Part shown: piece by piece, positions 11,736 through 25,601 of the stretch
Layout of the letters: every line of letters starts with the position of its first letter
Numbering within the stretch: the first letter of the stretch is position 1
Assembly (NCBI RefSeq): GCF_009914755.1
Contig: NC_060934.1
Length of the DNA: 64,000 nucleotides
Source: the human T2T-CHM13v2.0 reference genome, Homo sapiens
Direction: 5' to 3' (one strand)
Position numbers and translations under genes: made by a program
The notes under the pieces: model-generated
Databases searched by the model: none
The model's input: the letters and a program-made list of their open reading frames with translations, nothing else
Told to the model about the DNA's origin: nothing

Positions 11736-12975
11736 TGAGAGGTGACAACGTGCTAGCAGCCCTCACTCGCTCTCGGCGCCTCCTTGGCCTCAGCATCCAC
11801 TCTGGCCACACTTGAGGAGCCCTTCAGCCTGCCACTGAGCTATGAGGGCCACTCTCTGGGGCTGGCTGAGGCCAAAGCCAGCTCCCTCTGCTCGTGGGGA
11901 GGTGTGGAGGGAGAGGTGTGGGTGGGAACTGGGGCTGCGCATGGCACTCGCAGGCCGGCACGGGTTCTGGGTGGGCACGGGCTTGGTGGGCCCCGCACTC
12001 AGCACAGCGCAGCCAGCTGGTGCCTGCTGGGCTTGATCGGGAGATGAGCTCCCTCTGGGCTGCTGGAGTGCCCAGGCTGGGTGCCACAGAGTACTTGCAG
12101 AGAGTGCCAGTGAGAGATGAAGCTAGCTGGGCTTCTGGGACAGGTGAGGACTTGGAGAACTTTTCTGTCTAGCTAAAGGATTGTAAATGTACCAGTCAGC
12201 ACTCTGTGTCTAGCTAAAGGTTTGTAAACACACCAGTCAGCACTCTGTGTCTAGCTAAAGGTTTGTAAACACACCAATCAGTGCTCTGTGTCTACCTAAT
12301 CTAGTGGGGACTTGGAGAACTTTGTGTCTAGCTAAAGGATTGTAAATGCACCAGTCAGCACTCTGTCTAGCTAAAGGTTTGTAAATGCACCAATCAGCAC
12401 TCTGTGTCTAGCTTACCTAGTGGGGATTTGGAGAACTTTTTTGTCCCGCTAAAGGATTGTAAATGGACCAATCAGCTCTCTGTAAAATGGACCAATCAGC
12501 AAGATGGGGGGTGGGGTTCAGATAAGGGAATAAAAGCAGGCTGCCCAAGCCAGCAGTGGCAACCCGCTTGGGTCCCCTTCCACACTGTGGAAGCTTTGTT
12601 CTTTTGCTCTTTGCAATAAATCTTGCTGCTGCTCACTCTTTGGGTCCACGCTGCCTTTATGAGCTGTAACACTCACCGCGAAGGTCTGCAGCTTCACTCC
12701 TGAGGCCAGTGAGACCAGGAACCCATGAGAAGGAATGAACAACTCCAGACCTGCCACCTTTAAGAGCTGTAACACTCACCGTGAAGGTCTGCAGCTTCAC
12801 TTCCGAAGTCAGTGAGACCACTAACCCACCAGAAGGAAGAAACTCCAGACACATCTGAACATCTGAAGGAAGAAACTCCAACACACCATCTTTAAGAACT
12901 GTAACACTCACCGTGAGGGTCCACGGCTTCATTCTAGAAGTCAGCGAGACCAAGAACCCACCAATTCCTGACACA
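11736..12975 (+). promoter_or_regulatory. 3' LTR12-family LTR (1240 bp)
   Basis: Same architecture as the 5' LTR with an extra enhancer block. Intact GATAAG-GG-AATAAAA promoter core (12521-12535). Ends GACACA. Confidence 0.95.
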
Positions 12976-14179
12976 GTTCCTACAATAATGTGCTTTAAAC
13001 CTGGCAGCCACCCAATGTCTTCATGACTTAGGTCTTACACTGTTCTTGGAAGTCCAGCATTACACTGTAATCTTTTTCTGGTTTTCCACAGCATCCCTAC
13101 TAAGACAAAAATGACGTGTATCCTTAACTCTCCCTTTTTTTATAGTCACATGGAGTTACATACACCTCTTAAGTCTTGCTTACTTTAATGTTTTTAGATG
13201 AAATACTCCTTATTGTCTTTCCTCAAATATTTAAGAACAAGGCTTCTCCCATTTGTCTTGATGGGCCTTGTTTTTTCAGCTTATCTACTGACGAAAGTAG
13301 GCAGAACAAAAATGTGATTCTACAGTCTTAATTCAGAACCATAAAGGGTTAGGGGCTTCTTCACCATGGGATCCATGTGGAAATTTGTCACACATGCACA
13401 CAAACACACGCACACACACACACATTTATGTAATTATCGTTTATTCCAGTCCAAAGGGAAATTCAAACCATAAACCCTATTCATTTAGTGACTGTTAGGA
13501 GCAAAGGGTAAAACTTGCAAGTTGAGCCATTTCTATATTTTCTGAGAGTAAAATCTCTTAAGAGGATCGATAAGAATGCAGGAGTACCTGTCTCCTCTGT
13601 AAGCTAGATTATTTACAAATATATGTTTTCAGCCCTGAGTTATTCCTGACCTGTGCTCATTACTTGCTCTTTGGTCTTCTATACTTCTATCAGGGAATAT
13701 GTTGGTATCTAGAACTCTCTCTAGGTCTAAAGTAGAACTCACCACATTCTGGTATATATCATATGCCAGCATAATAACATAACATCTTTGGCTTCCTTTT
13801 CTCACTGTATCACTTGCCCACGCATGTGAGTTCTTCCTAGAATCATTTACTAAATTAACTACTTGATTCAAATTCGTGTCTTAGGATCTAATTCTGGGAG
13901 CAAAATCCTAGACAGCTCCCTGGCTCACACACTTCCTATGGCTTTCAATTCCCTGCCATGTGAAGTCCAAACTTCTTAGTGTATACAGCCTTTGGCAGTT
14001 ACTCTAATGTCACTTCTAATGCTTTTTGTTTGGTTGGTTGGTTGGTTGTTTTTTTCTCAACACATTCCCCAGGAGACAATTTGTTACAGCCAGATTAGGC
14101 CTTTTTTCTCCCTATGCCCAGGTCACATTCTCCTGTCCCTGCTCTTAGGCCATGCTGTTACTCACACTGGAATTTCCCA

Positions 14180-14405
14180 CAATAGAGTGATTAAAATCAT
14201 ACACTCTAAAATCAGGGTCTTTGCATTTATATCCTGATTGTAGCTGTATTCTTGGTTGAGTTGCTTAGTCTCTCTGCCTCCATTTGCTCATTTCTTTTCC
14301 AGGTATAAGAATAGTAACAATCTCATGAAGTGACTGAGAATTTAAAAAAAAATAGTGATTAGAATTGTACCCCATTTTTTGGTAAATATTCAATGAATGT
14401 CAGCC
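14180..14405 (+). mobile_element. MIR fragment
   Basis: 'tagctgtattcttggttgagttgcttagtctctctgcctc...gaatagtaacaatctcatgaagtgactgagaattt'. Confidence 0.55.
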
Positions 14406-15459
14406 TTATTCTCCCATCTTTAAAACTTACCACCCTTCAAAGCTAAGCTCCAATTTAGGGCTAGCATTTTACCCCCAAGAAATAAATTATAAGTTAAAAC
14501 TGTAAAAGTTAAGTAATAGTTCACCTCATTTGCTCATCTCTACTAGATATCAGGATTAATTCCACTGTAGAGATTCATTTATGTCAAATAATATAATATA
14601 ATATGACAAATATGGCTGTTGATGTTGTTGTGTAATAATCTTCCTGGTATACAACTCCCTGAGCCAAAATATTATTTTCAACTACCTCACATGTCTACTA
14701 AGCACATAGAAACTCTAATGAGCCAAAACACTCACAAGGAAACATTATTTTCATTCAAACATTTGTTTCTTCCCCAATCTTTCATCAGCTTCCTGACTTA
14801 AGAATCTGTTCAAGTTCACATAAACAAATAATCACCATGTAAAGTTGATGACTTGGAGGGCAGATACATCGAACAGCTTCTGCTCTATAATACAGGAAAT
14901 ACTCCCTAATTATTTATCACATGAGCTCAAATCTCTAAATGCAACTCTGCCAATTTCTGGGGCCAGGTTCCATAATATTTCAAAGCAAAATCTAGAATGA
15001 TGTTTCTACAAAAGAAATAGAATTGGAGCTCACTTTTTGTTTTGTTTTGTTTAATTTTCCAGTTGAAACATAATTATTGTTTTAGAAACATGGAATTACT
15101 ATGGGACTGTAATTCAGAAAGTATTTACAATGTATCTTCTGAGTACCAGCTATTGGGCTGGTTGCTTTAAGGGATTCTATGATGATAAGGAAGTCTCTGC
15201 CCTTAAGGAGCATTTAGGAAGTTAATAGGAGTGCTTCAGCACATCAAAGAAAAAGCTCATTGTAATAAAAACCACATGAGAAGCCTAAGTGCCATTTGGA
15301 TTAAATTGGAGGAGAACAAATTCACCCAAGATAATGGGAACTTGAGTCAGGATATACATTATGTAGGAAGCAACACTGTAGACAGGACTGGAAGGAAGAG
15401 ATAGACTCAACCTGTGGAGAGGGTGAAGGAAGGGTCTCCATGGAAAATAAAGAACAGGT

Positions 15460-15965
15460 GTGTTATCTTATTTTTGCTGGCTGGCTGGTACACAACTATT
15501 ATTTTCCTGGCACAGTAGCTCTGACTTTCCTTTGAGGAAGCACCACTCCAAGTCCATGTTCTTTGAATAGGTTTAATGTTATCAGTGGCACATAATCTAG
15601 ACCTGTCATTCCCTTTTACTACTTACAGTGATTGGTTTAGAAATTGGCCAGGCAGGTGTGTTCAAAGTTCATCCAGGACTTTTTGGTGACTAGAAAGGAG
15701 CCATCCACATTGGCTAATGATCTTGAGCATGAGAACATATAAGCCTAAAGCTGCTATTAGCCATCTTCCCTATCCATGAATCCTGGGACTAAAGCCAGCA
15801 TAGAAGTAAGAATCAGGGGATGGAGGAGACTCAGTCCTAATGATGTCATTGGAGCCTGAGCATCAAGCCTACATGGAACTAGCCAACTCTGGACTTTCTG
15901 GTTACTTGGACCAGTGAAATTCTTCTGCTCAAGGTTATTTGTGTCAGGTTCTTTGTTGCTTCTTA
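15460..15965 (+). mobile_element. Ancient ERVL/MaLR LTR (LTR16/MLT1-like)
   Basis: 'tcctaatgatgtcattggagcctgagcatcaagcc...ctctggactttctggttacttggaccagtgaaattc...tcaggttctttgttgcttc'. Confidence 0.5.
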
Positions 15966-16227
15966 AATAAAAGGTCCAAATTAGTATAGCAAATAAATAC
16001 ATGGTTCTGGAAAAAGACGTGTAGGAGAAGCAATATCTCAGCTAGTAGAAAGGTCTCTGCTATATAGACATTATCAATAACTGTCAACGTCTAGCACTCA
16101 CAGGGATTGGTATTCACATTTAGTGTCAGATCTCACCACATAAGCTTCTATTAAATGCATCTAAATGCATTTAGAATAAATTTCACTAAATGTAAATGAA
16201 AGTGAGATCAACACAATAAAAGTTCTT

Positions 16228-16553
16228 GGTTGGGCATGGTGGCTCACGCCTGTAATCCCAGCACTTTGGGAGGCTGAGGCAGGCAGATCACGAGGTCAGG
16301 AGATCAAGACCATCCTGGCTAACACGGTGAAACCCCACCTCTACTAAAAATACAAAAAAAAAAAAAAAAAAAACCAGGCATGGTGGCGGGCGCCTGTAGT
16401 CCCAGCTACTCGGGAGGCTGAGGCAGGGGAATGCATGAACCTGGGAGGCGGAGCTTACAGTGAGCCAAGATCCCACCACTGCACTCCAGCCTGGGCAACA
16501 GAGAGACAGAGTGAGACTCTGTCTCAAAAAAAAAAAAGAAAAAAAAAAAAAAG
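16228..16553 (+). mobile_element. AluY-type SINE
   Basis: 'gatcacgaggtcaggagatc..gaccatcctggctaacacggtg' (AluY diagnostics), expanded middle A-run, poly(A) tail, and TSD AAAGTTCTT (16219-16227 / 16554-16562). Confidence 0.92.
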
Positions 16554-16618
16554 AAAGTTCTTCTACTATGAATGTCAGATTTATTTTCCTTATCTCCATT
16601 CCCATCCCACTTAGTGGC

Positions 16619-16974
16619 TGATATGGTTTGGCTTTGTCCCTGCCCAAATCTCACCTTGAATTGTAATAATCCCCCTGTGTCAAGGGTGGGGCCAAGTGGA
16701 GATAATTGAATCACGGGAGCAATTTCCCCCATACTGTTCTCATGGTAGTGAATAAGTCTCAAGAGATCTGATAGTTTTATAAATCAGAGTTTCCCTGTAC
16801 AAGCTCTCCTGCCTGCCTCCATGTAAGACATGCCTTTGCTCCTCATTTACCTTCCGCTGTGATTGTGAGGCCTCCCCAGCCATGCAGAACTGTGAGTCAA
16901 TTAAACCTCTTTCCTTTATAAATTACCCAGTATCAGTTATATCTTTATTAGCAGTATGAGAACAGACAAATACA
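16619..16974 (+). mobile_element. THE1 (MaLR) solo LTR
   Basis: TGATATGGTTTGGCT...AATACA with TSD GTGGC on both sides. Confidence 0.93.
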
Positions 16975-17119
16975 GTGGCCTTCTCCACCTAACACAGGGT
17001 CAACTGGCACAGAAGACTTCATCAGTACAAAATTTCCTGTCCAACCTTCCTCTTATTGTGTCAGAATGGTAGTAAGTTGAGAGTTGGTAGTGAGATTTGA
17101 TGATGATAATGGTGTAATA

Positions 17120-17340
17120 GCTATCAGTCTTGATGGCTTCCTATCTTCTAGGAGCTGTACTGAGAGTGCTACATGTATAATTTCTTCATACTTTCATAAA
17201 AATCCTTATGTGACTTATGCACCATTTTTCTATTATACAGTTTAGGAAACTAAGGCTCATAAATGTTAATTAACTTGTTCACATTCCCCTCAGAGGTCAA
17301 ATGGAATAAAATCTATCTGATTACAAGTCCCACTCTCAAT
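17120..17340 (-). mobile_element. MIR fragment
   Basis: 'tattatacagtttaggaaactaaggctcataaatgttaattaacttgttc'. Confidence 0.55.
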
Positions 17341-18974
17341 CCTTATCCTAGCAATAATCTGTAAGTTTGCAGCATACAAGGAGCTTTCAGGTGCTTAATG
17401 AAAACTTGTTTTGGAGGTGAATGGAGAGCTTGCTCCTTTGCTTTTATGGATATAGAGTCAAACACACAATTCTGTGCAGACCATAAGGTGGCTAGATAGA
17501 TGCCCAGCAAAGTCCAGATTCTTAGGGGAAAAAAAAATTGCAGCATTTACTTTTTAGAGTTAGAATTAGCAAATAAATTATTTCTCTGAAATATGCTATT
17601 CCTATTTATCACAGTTACACATAACAGGTGAAAAAGATGAGGTCTGGAGAGGTGAGCTACTCTGAGAGCTGGACTGTCGGAATGAGATCCTGGCCACCCT
17701 GGCTTGGCCTCTGTGTAGATCCTGCTTCTTAGGGGAAGTTAAATTGCAACCATAACTAAAGGACTGGAACTGGAGTTAAATTAAAAAATGTGGTAGTCCA
17801 GTGGTCAGACCACCAGCTCTCATTGAATTTTCCAGGGCAACTGTGTACTGGAGAGACAGGATGTTCTGCTTCAGTTAAGGAAATACATAAATATTTATTA
17901 AAAACTACCTACAACCTGATGTTTGTATGCTTTATCTTTCCTAATCAAATGATAGCACATGGAGCCTTTTTGTGGTAGATACTATTATTCCTATTTTACC
18001 AAATAAATAAAATAAGGTTCAGATTAGTTATGTAAAAGCCCCCAAATTACCAAATCGGAAATTTTCTAACCCAGAATTAGATCTCTGTTGTCCATTGTAT
18101 TTACAACTTTAGAGTACATCATACCACACACTCACTCCCACTACCGTCAGTGGTGGTTGTGGGTCAAAGCACAAAACACACACACACATGCACAAACTAT
18201 TCCATCAAAATGTACACTGTTTTTAAATGAATTATAGATACTCTATTTGTTGGTATAGTTGTTGTTGTTAGTGACTGTTTTCATGTGAAAAACTTAGCTG
18301 AGATAGCTTCTTCTTCAAAGAAAAATTAGAAATCAGTCTAGATGCCTGCTTATCTAGTTTTTGAATACTGTGACTTGGAAAGAAGAGACTTTGATACAAG
18401 TACAATCTGACAATTTTTTTATTGTTATACAAGGAGCTTATATCAACTTCCTAAGTTACCAACAAAAGTTACAAAGCAACCGTTGTTTCAGTAAATGTAA
18501 ACATGCAAACTGCATAAACAAGAGGACCCAAAAGACCATGAGATTCCAATTTGGGGTTCTTTTTTTTCAGGCAGTTTGATAGATGCTTGCATTTACTAAA
18601 GCATGCCAACAGTTGCTTTGTGTATCTCATTACCAACTGTGTGACTTTGGGAAAGTCAGTATTCTTAGTGTCTTCATCTTTGAGTCTGCAAATTAGGGAG
18701 GTTTACCTTCTAGCTAAGGACAAAATGCTATTTCAGAAAAAATGGAGGAAAAATACATCAAGTCAGTCCCCTGGAAGTGAATAGTGAATAGGACTAAACT
18801 CCAAATATCTACTCTGTTCTTAGAGGCTACAAAAGTAGGACACTATGGTAGGTGTTGAACACTTAAATGCTTACAAAGGCTGGACAGGTGATGTAAACGA
18901 GTGATGTGAGAACACAGGGAGTAGCAGAGCACACCATGTCTGGGATCATCTAGAAGGGGATTTGCAAAGCAGCT

Positions 18975-19185
18975 AATAGCACCAGAGTTAGGAGTCAAAG
19001 TATCTGCGATTTAGTCCTAGCTCTGCTTACTAATTGTTTGTGTTTGGATAAGTTAGCTAAATTTTTCATGTCTCAGTTTCTTCATCTATAAAATGAAAGC
19101 AGCAAGACTCACCTTAGAGAATTGCTGTAAAAATTAAACAATATTGTCAATATATGCTCTTAGCACAGTGCTTGACAGACAACGC
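18975..19185 (+). mobile_element. MIR
   Basis: 'tcctagctctgcttactaattgtttgtgtttggataagttagc...tctcagtttcttcatctataaaatg...cttagcacagtgcttgaca'. Confidence 0.7.
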
Positions 19186-21919
19186 TCAGTAGTTTGATTT
19201 TTTAACCCCTTTAGAAAGAACAGGGATGCCTTTATATTCTCAGTAAACTCTTGATTTTTTTGACCTCAACTGCCTGGGCCTCCTAAGTCATTGTAAATGA
19301 TGTCACCATAGACCCATTGGATTTATGCTTACTGAGTGATTTCTGTGTCTGTCACTGTGTTTGCTGCAGTTCATTCAGTCGTGAGCAGGACAGGCAAGAA
19401 GGATGTGGTCTGAGACCTGGCCCTAGGCCTTCCTAGAAACCAATGTGGCTTAATTCTGAGGATCCAAAGGTATTCAGAAAATCCAGAACAAGTTCATGGC
19501 AAACTGTTAAATATTATTAACCTTGTAAAATGTGTGGCAAACAGGAAGGCCAGGTTTTAGCTTCTTGTAAAGAAGAATTTAGTCACCCAGGTGTATAGAT
19601 ACTATGGAAAATTCTCACAAGCACAGAGAATGAGGACTAACTAACAACCTTTATCTATTTCACAGTCTGGGCATTATACAACATCTATGGCTATACTGCA
19701 CTTGTGAGTCTTTTCCAATCATTTCAGAGTATCTTGGGCCAAAACCAGAATCCCTTCTCTGAAGGTCTTAAAATCTCTATATCTCACAGGCAAATATTGA
19801 TTTATCTACAGCCATAAAATATAAGTGACAAAAAGGATAATAAAGATGAGCAAAACTACTCTAAAACAGTTGGACTCCTGGAAGAAGCAAACTGAACGTG
19901 TTTAAGCTGGTCTGGGCATTTGGCAACATTCTGTCTTAAGAGCTCTAATGGTGTCAAAAAGTGTGGTATAAAGGATGGGGTCCTCATGTATTTCACTTGT
20001 CTGTAGAATTTGCTCACTATATCTTCATATTCATTTCTAAATACTTAATTCATGTTAACAGTCAATCTCTGCTTTTAAAGAGTTTGCCAATAGATACTCC
20101 AGCGGGCAATAGACACCAATAGTATAATAAGAGCTCTTCTGAAAAAAAAAAAAGTGTGCTGGGGGCATATAGTTTGTGCATCTAACCTCGTTTAGGGTGT
20201 GTTATTCAAAGAACCCTTTTTAAAAGAGGAGACAGAAGAAAAAGTCAATTAAACAAGCATCTCTTAGGGATTAAGAGAGAAAAGAAATGAATAATGGAAA
20301 AGAGTCTCTCATCTAGAAAGCTTCCTTCAGGTCCTGCCTTCTCTATCTCTACCTGTGGAGATTGGGATGCAACCTACATTCTGAAAGTACCTTCTTCCAG
20401 TAAACAGATGTTATTTTCTAGCTGGCCTCACTAGGGCAGGAAAAGGAGTGGGAGAAACAGGATGTTTTCTTAGCCCTGAAGTAAGCTAAATGCATAGGAA
20501 TCACTTCCATCACCTAAGCATTCTCCCTTCATTCCAGACAACTAACATTTTATTTTATTTCTTATCCATAAATTGTACTCTCCACTTTAACATCCTAGAG
20601 TAAACACAGAATTATTCTTGAAAAATATAAGAATTGTAAAAATATGAAATAAGTATAAAAGCAAGAGAGGAAACTGCAAAGATTTTGCTTAGCAAAATTT
20701 AAAACCTCCATTTGAACACAAAGAGAAGTATTTCCAGGAAGTACATCAAACAACCCAAAGGTTTTTCTGTAGAAATTATCTATCAGAAGCAGATAAGCAA
20801 TACTTACGACCAAACTAAATAAACAACAAACATGAGAGAAACAATTCACAGAGAAAATGTATTAGAAAATTAAGTATATAGAAAAGTACCCTTCACTGTG
20901 GTGACCCTGATGCTATAAAGAAGAAAAGTCTCCAACTTTCAAAAATGCTAGTTAAAACAGCCATGAGGTCCTTTTTTCACTTATCATGGTAGCCAAAATA
21001 TTTTTAAATAAAAATAACCAGTAATTAGAAAAATACATAAATTTCTATTGAGAGTATGCTATGCTATAGGGAAGCCATTAGAAAATGTATACTCAAGCCT
21101 GAAAAATGTCCAAAGACAGACTTTGTAATGATAATTATGACAGTCTACCCTGTGAAAAATAGTTCAAAGTACAGAATAAGCTTTATGCAGAGATATATTC
21201 TTTTTTTACAAAATATTTAAATTAGGTATTTTCATTTCATTCATTGAGCACATAGTGATGTCATAATATTTAAGTAGTAAACATAAGAAGAAAATACAAA
21301 ATGGCATACCAATATTTTTTCTATGGGCCCTGTCTTCAAGGGATCTGCAATTTAATTAAAAGGAATACGGTACACATTGGAAAAAAAAATTAGAATAATT
21401 TTAAGAGAAAAATTTGGATGTGGCAGAAAGGCAAAATAAAATAACAGATTAATCCATCAATCATCTTCTTTTCTATCTATTTTGTAATAACTAAAGTAAC
21501 AAAAACCATTGCAGAAAATTTGAACAATACAAGAGAAAGAAAAATGAAGAACATAAAATTGTCTCTATTTCCTCAGGTAACAAGAATTAATATTTTTTTA
21601 TTTTCTTATTTTCTCCTTTACATACGCATGGGGTAAGAAGCAGGGTGCTTGCAAATGTACATATGATTATATGATAATCATTTAGACACTAGACTAGTAT
21701 CATTTAAGGCCCTATCTATTGCTTTTTGAGAAAAAGTTGCAAGATAAATATACATTAGCAGGGGCAGAGTCTGTGTAGACATCATCTTTTCTAGTCATTC
21801 TTTTTGAATTCACAAATAAAAAATCAAATGGGTTTTAGTTTAGGCTAAGTTCCCAAATCTGAGTCTTTAGTGGCTCTAGCACAAGAGGTCAGACCTCTTG
21901 ACTCCCAGTGAGGGTGACA

Positions 21920-22170
21920 TACAGGAGCGATTTAGTATACGGCATTGGAGTCAGCCTGCTTGGTTTCAAATCCTAAGTTCTGTGATCTCCAACACATTAT
22001 TTAAATGCTTATTAGCCTCAGTGTACTCATAAGTATTTATGTATAAAATGGGCATGATAGCAATAAAACTGTCTTCATAAGATCATCTTGGGGATTCAAT
22101 GACATGACTTGTAAAAGCACTTAGTCAAGTGTTCACCTCCTAGTAAAACATATATTAACAGTTATTATTA
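21920..22170 (+). mobile_element. MIR
   Basis: 'ggagtcagcctgcttggtttcaaatcct...aaaatgggcatgatag...gtaaaagcacttag'. Confidence 0.65.
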
Positions 22171-22248
22171 CTTTTAGTTAGTCCTGTGCTTTTCTCCTAC
22201 ATGATGTTTCACATGTTTCACAGTACTTGAAGCCATCATTCATTTTGA

Positions 22249-22481
22249 TTTTTTTTTTTTTTTCTCTCACTCTGTCACTCAGGATGGAGTGCAGTGTCGT
22301 GATCTTGGCTCACTGCAACCTCTGTCTCCCGGACTCAAGCAATTCTCCTGCCCCAGCCTCCTGAGTAGCTGGGATTACAGGTGCATGCCACCACACCTGG
22401 CTAATTTTTGTATTTTTAGTAGAGATGGGGTTTCACCATGTTGGCCAGGCTGGTCTCAAACTCTTGATCTCAGGTGATCCA
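22249..22481 (-). mobile_element. AluS, 5'-truncated
   Basis: Poly(T) followed by antisense Alu that ends at 'caggtgatcca'. Confidence 0.88.
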
Positions 22482-23856
22482 TAGCAGTCATTCTGTGAGT
22501 TGCTCTGATGTCCCCTCTCCTAAACATCAAGAAAAGCTGATGGGTTTGGTCTGGGTGTGGCTGGGGAAGCTGGAGGAGGGTTGTTTGGAGCTAAAAGACT
22601 ACATTCCTATCCTAGCTCTCCATTTATAAACTCTAGGACTTGGGCAATCATGAAGTTCTCTGAGCCTCACAAGACTCACAAAAAGACAATTCCAAGACCT
22701 ACTTCAAACGATTGTTGAGAGGACTAAACTCAGAAAAGTGGCTAGCACATTGCCTGCCATGTGGTAAATTCTCAGGAAACAGTAGCAGAAATCAAAGAAT
22801 GGAAAGAGTGCCCCATAAGTCAAGTCCTGCAAGCTTTTGGCAACAGGCATACTCATTTGAATGTTCATCACTCTTTTTTCTGTTGAGGGCGGGTATTCAA
22901 AACCCCTTTTAAAGGATTTTGTAATTTATTAGCATGCTAGTGATGCTTAGCAATTGATTAATTTGCCCCCGTAATTAGTTGGGGTGATTAGAGAAAGCTT
23001 TCTTATCACTGCAAAGTTTGATTTGTAACAAGCCATTAAACCCCAAGGGAGGGAGTTGAGAAGAAATGAGTACCCTCCACTAACAAATACACACCCTCTT
23101 GTGCAGATGAAGTGTCCATTTTCTTAGCAAGGTATTTGAAATTTAGGCATTATTGGCTGGCGCTTTTTGCCAGCAAGATTTTAAGCTTCAAACAAGAAAA
23201 GCTAAAATTATACCAACATTTCCCAAAATATATTTTATTTATGGGAGGACTATTCACCCCATGAAACACACTATAGAGAATAAAAGTGGCTCTTAAGTTC
23301 AAATAACCTTGGAAGTCTTACATAAACTAATCTCTCTTTCAGGATTCACAAGACACACAATGGCCCCCCTGCGTACTCAAACTGTTTAACTTTGGGAGAA
23401 TCTGGATAATGCCAATTATTTAATTCTATGAAGCTTTTATTTCTGTCAATCATCATCTCTTAATGTTCTAAAAAAGTAACATACACCAAAAACTTCCTGG
23501 GAATTCTTATCTATATTAAGATGTATATTAAAAGTTTCAAATAAAACAGTATACCTATCCTGAGTTCTGATAAGTTATTTAATTTAAGAAGGGTTAGATA
23601 CTGGAAAAATCATATTCTAAGTAAAAGAGGAAATTATTTTTCTCACTTAACCCATTGCTACTCCTAACTGGCTTCCTCATTGTGCCTGAACCAAGAATTA
23701 TATGACATCACTAATATAGTGGATGTTAAATGGAGACCCAAAGAATAATTAGCATCTGTCTCCAAACTTGTATACTTATGTCTTCTCTTGCTGTATAAAG
23801 TACAAATTTCAATTCTAAAATGCTTTTATTCTATTTATTTTTATCTTAAGATATTA

Positions 23857-24068
23857 CAGAGTTCCTGATTTAAAATAGTTTGACTTATGATTTTTGACTT
23901 CATAATAGGTTTAAAATCATATAACCCTATTTTAAGTCAAGGAGCACACGATGTTAAATTTTTCAACTTTATGATGGATTAATCGAGGTATTAAGCACAC
24001 TTTCAATTTACAATATTTTCTGTTTACTAAGGGTTTACTGGGATGTACCCCATCCTAAGGTGCCTCTG
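23857..24068. mobile_element. Tigger-derived MITE (MER47/Tigger5-like)
   Basis: TA|CAG... left end and ...CTG right end, with 'gacttatgattttt', 'caatattttc' and 'gggatgtaccccatc' motifs. Confidence 0.6.
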
Positions 24069-24308
24069 TGTCTGTGTGCAGGCTGGGTAGTAGGGAAGAA
24101 CAGGAGACCTTAAAAATCTAAATATTTTTGAAAATCAGTGAAAATTTGAAGTTTCAGTCACTCTGTAGAAAAAGAGAATTGACACTCCAAAATAGATTCC
24201 TTCCAGTAAGCTCCATTAAACATAGTTATATGTAGCTTAATGATGAGAATACATGCTGAGAAATGCATCGTTAGGCAATTTCATCATTGTGTGAACATCA
24301 TAGAGTAC

Positions 24309-25601
24309 CGATAGTGACAGGAGGCAGAGAAATTCTAGACAGATGGGGCAGGCTCCTGTCAAAACCACACTTTTGAACCCAAAAGCCTGAAACCTGGCCC
24401 CAAAATGAGAACTTCTATCCCTGTTTGCCCACTCTCTCCCAACTGGTTCTTTCTGAATAAATGATATATTTTTACCAATCAAATGTTGTCTTTTCTAAAA
24501 CTACCTACAGCCCTCCCTGCCTCCATCCTGTGCCTATAAAGACCCCAGACTCAGCTGGCAGAGAAAAGCAGCAGCTGAACCTTGGGAAGACCTTGGCTGG
24601 ATGTCGGGGAGAGGTGACTTTGAGACGGTGGCTGGACGAAGCACCTTGACTTCAGAAGAGAGGGGCAGGGAGGCGGCTTGACTTCTTGGGAGAGGAACCT
24701 TCCCTTTCTGTCCACTTTCCAGCTCCCCTTTCCACTGAGAGCTGCTACAGTCTCGCTCTGTCACCCAGGCTGGAGTACAGTGGTGTGATCTCGGCCTACT
24801 GCAACCTCTACCTACCAGGTTCAAGTGATTCTCCTGCCTCAGCCTCCTGAGTAGCTGATACTACAGGCATGCGCCACCATGCCTGGCTAATTGTTGTATT
24901 TTTAGTAGAGATGGGGTTTCACCATATTGGTCAGGTTGGTCTCGAACTCCTGACCTCGTGATCCACCCACCTCGGCCTCCCAAAGTGCTGGGATTACAAG
25001 TGTGAGCCACCGCAGCCAGCCAAGAGCTGATTTTATCATGCAATAAAGTTTTCTACATTCATCATCCTTCGGTTTGGCCATGTGACCTCATTCCTCTTGG
25101 GCACCAGACAAGCATTTGGGATGCACCACGTGCAGGTGACCCAAAAGGCTGTCACACTGGCCCTTTGCCCTCGCTGGTAGAGGGCAGCCACCCCACATGA
25201 TGAGGCAAAAGGCCCACTGAGCTGATAACACACTGCTGTCTGTGGATGGTGGAGCTAAGAGAGCATTGTAACACACCCTCTGGGGCCTTGGGGTGGCAGG
25301 CACCCCCACCTGGATGCTGCCACGGGGCCTCACAGAGTTGTGCTGGTGCTGAAGCAGTCAGCTGGTTTTTGCACTCCTATGCTCTCACACTCCCTCCTGC
25401 AAGGGGTGGAGACTGGAGGACCTGAGTGAACAGAGGTTGCTCCTGCTGGACCACTGGCCAGTTCCTGTGGTCACTCACTCTGGCTCCCTCACTCGTTAGC
25501 TTGTACATTCCCTCCTGCAAGGGGTTGAGCAGGGAGGGCTGAGTAAACAAGGCACCCCTGTCATGAGTCCATTGGAGGGGTCAAGAAAATATCCTGCATT
25601 A
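24309..25601 (+). mobile_element. MER52/LTR1-like ERV1 solo LTR
   Basis: Begins (T>C)GATAGTGACAGGAGGCAGAGAAATTCTAG, contains 'gcctataaagacccca', ends 'aaaatatcctgcatta'. TSD GTAC. Confidence 0.82.
24748..25021 (-). mobile_element. AluS lacking its poly(A) tail, inside the LTR
   Basis: Antisense Alu body flanked on both sides by AGAGCTG. Confidence 0.88.

Larger units (their letters stand above)
4480..12975 (+). mobile_element. HERV9 (ERV9) provirus with two LTR12-family LTRs, internally deleted
   Basis: Both LTRs begin TGAGAGGTGAC (4480, 11736). TSD GTTCC at 4475-4479 and 12976-12980. PBS, gag-pro-pol-env remnants and PPT occur in canonical order. Confidence 0.97.

Noticed and set aside
16288-16762. 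Alu/THE1-derived ORFs (also at 22289, 28137, 40141-40694, 55572 and 63086)
   Set aside because: Typical spurious translations of Alu and MaLR sequence.
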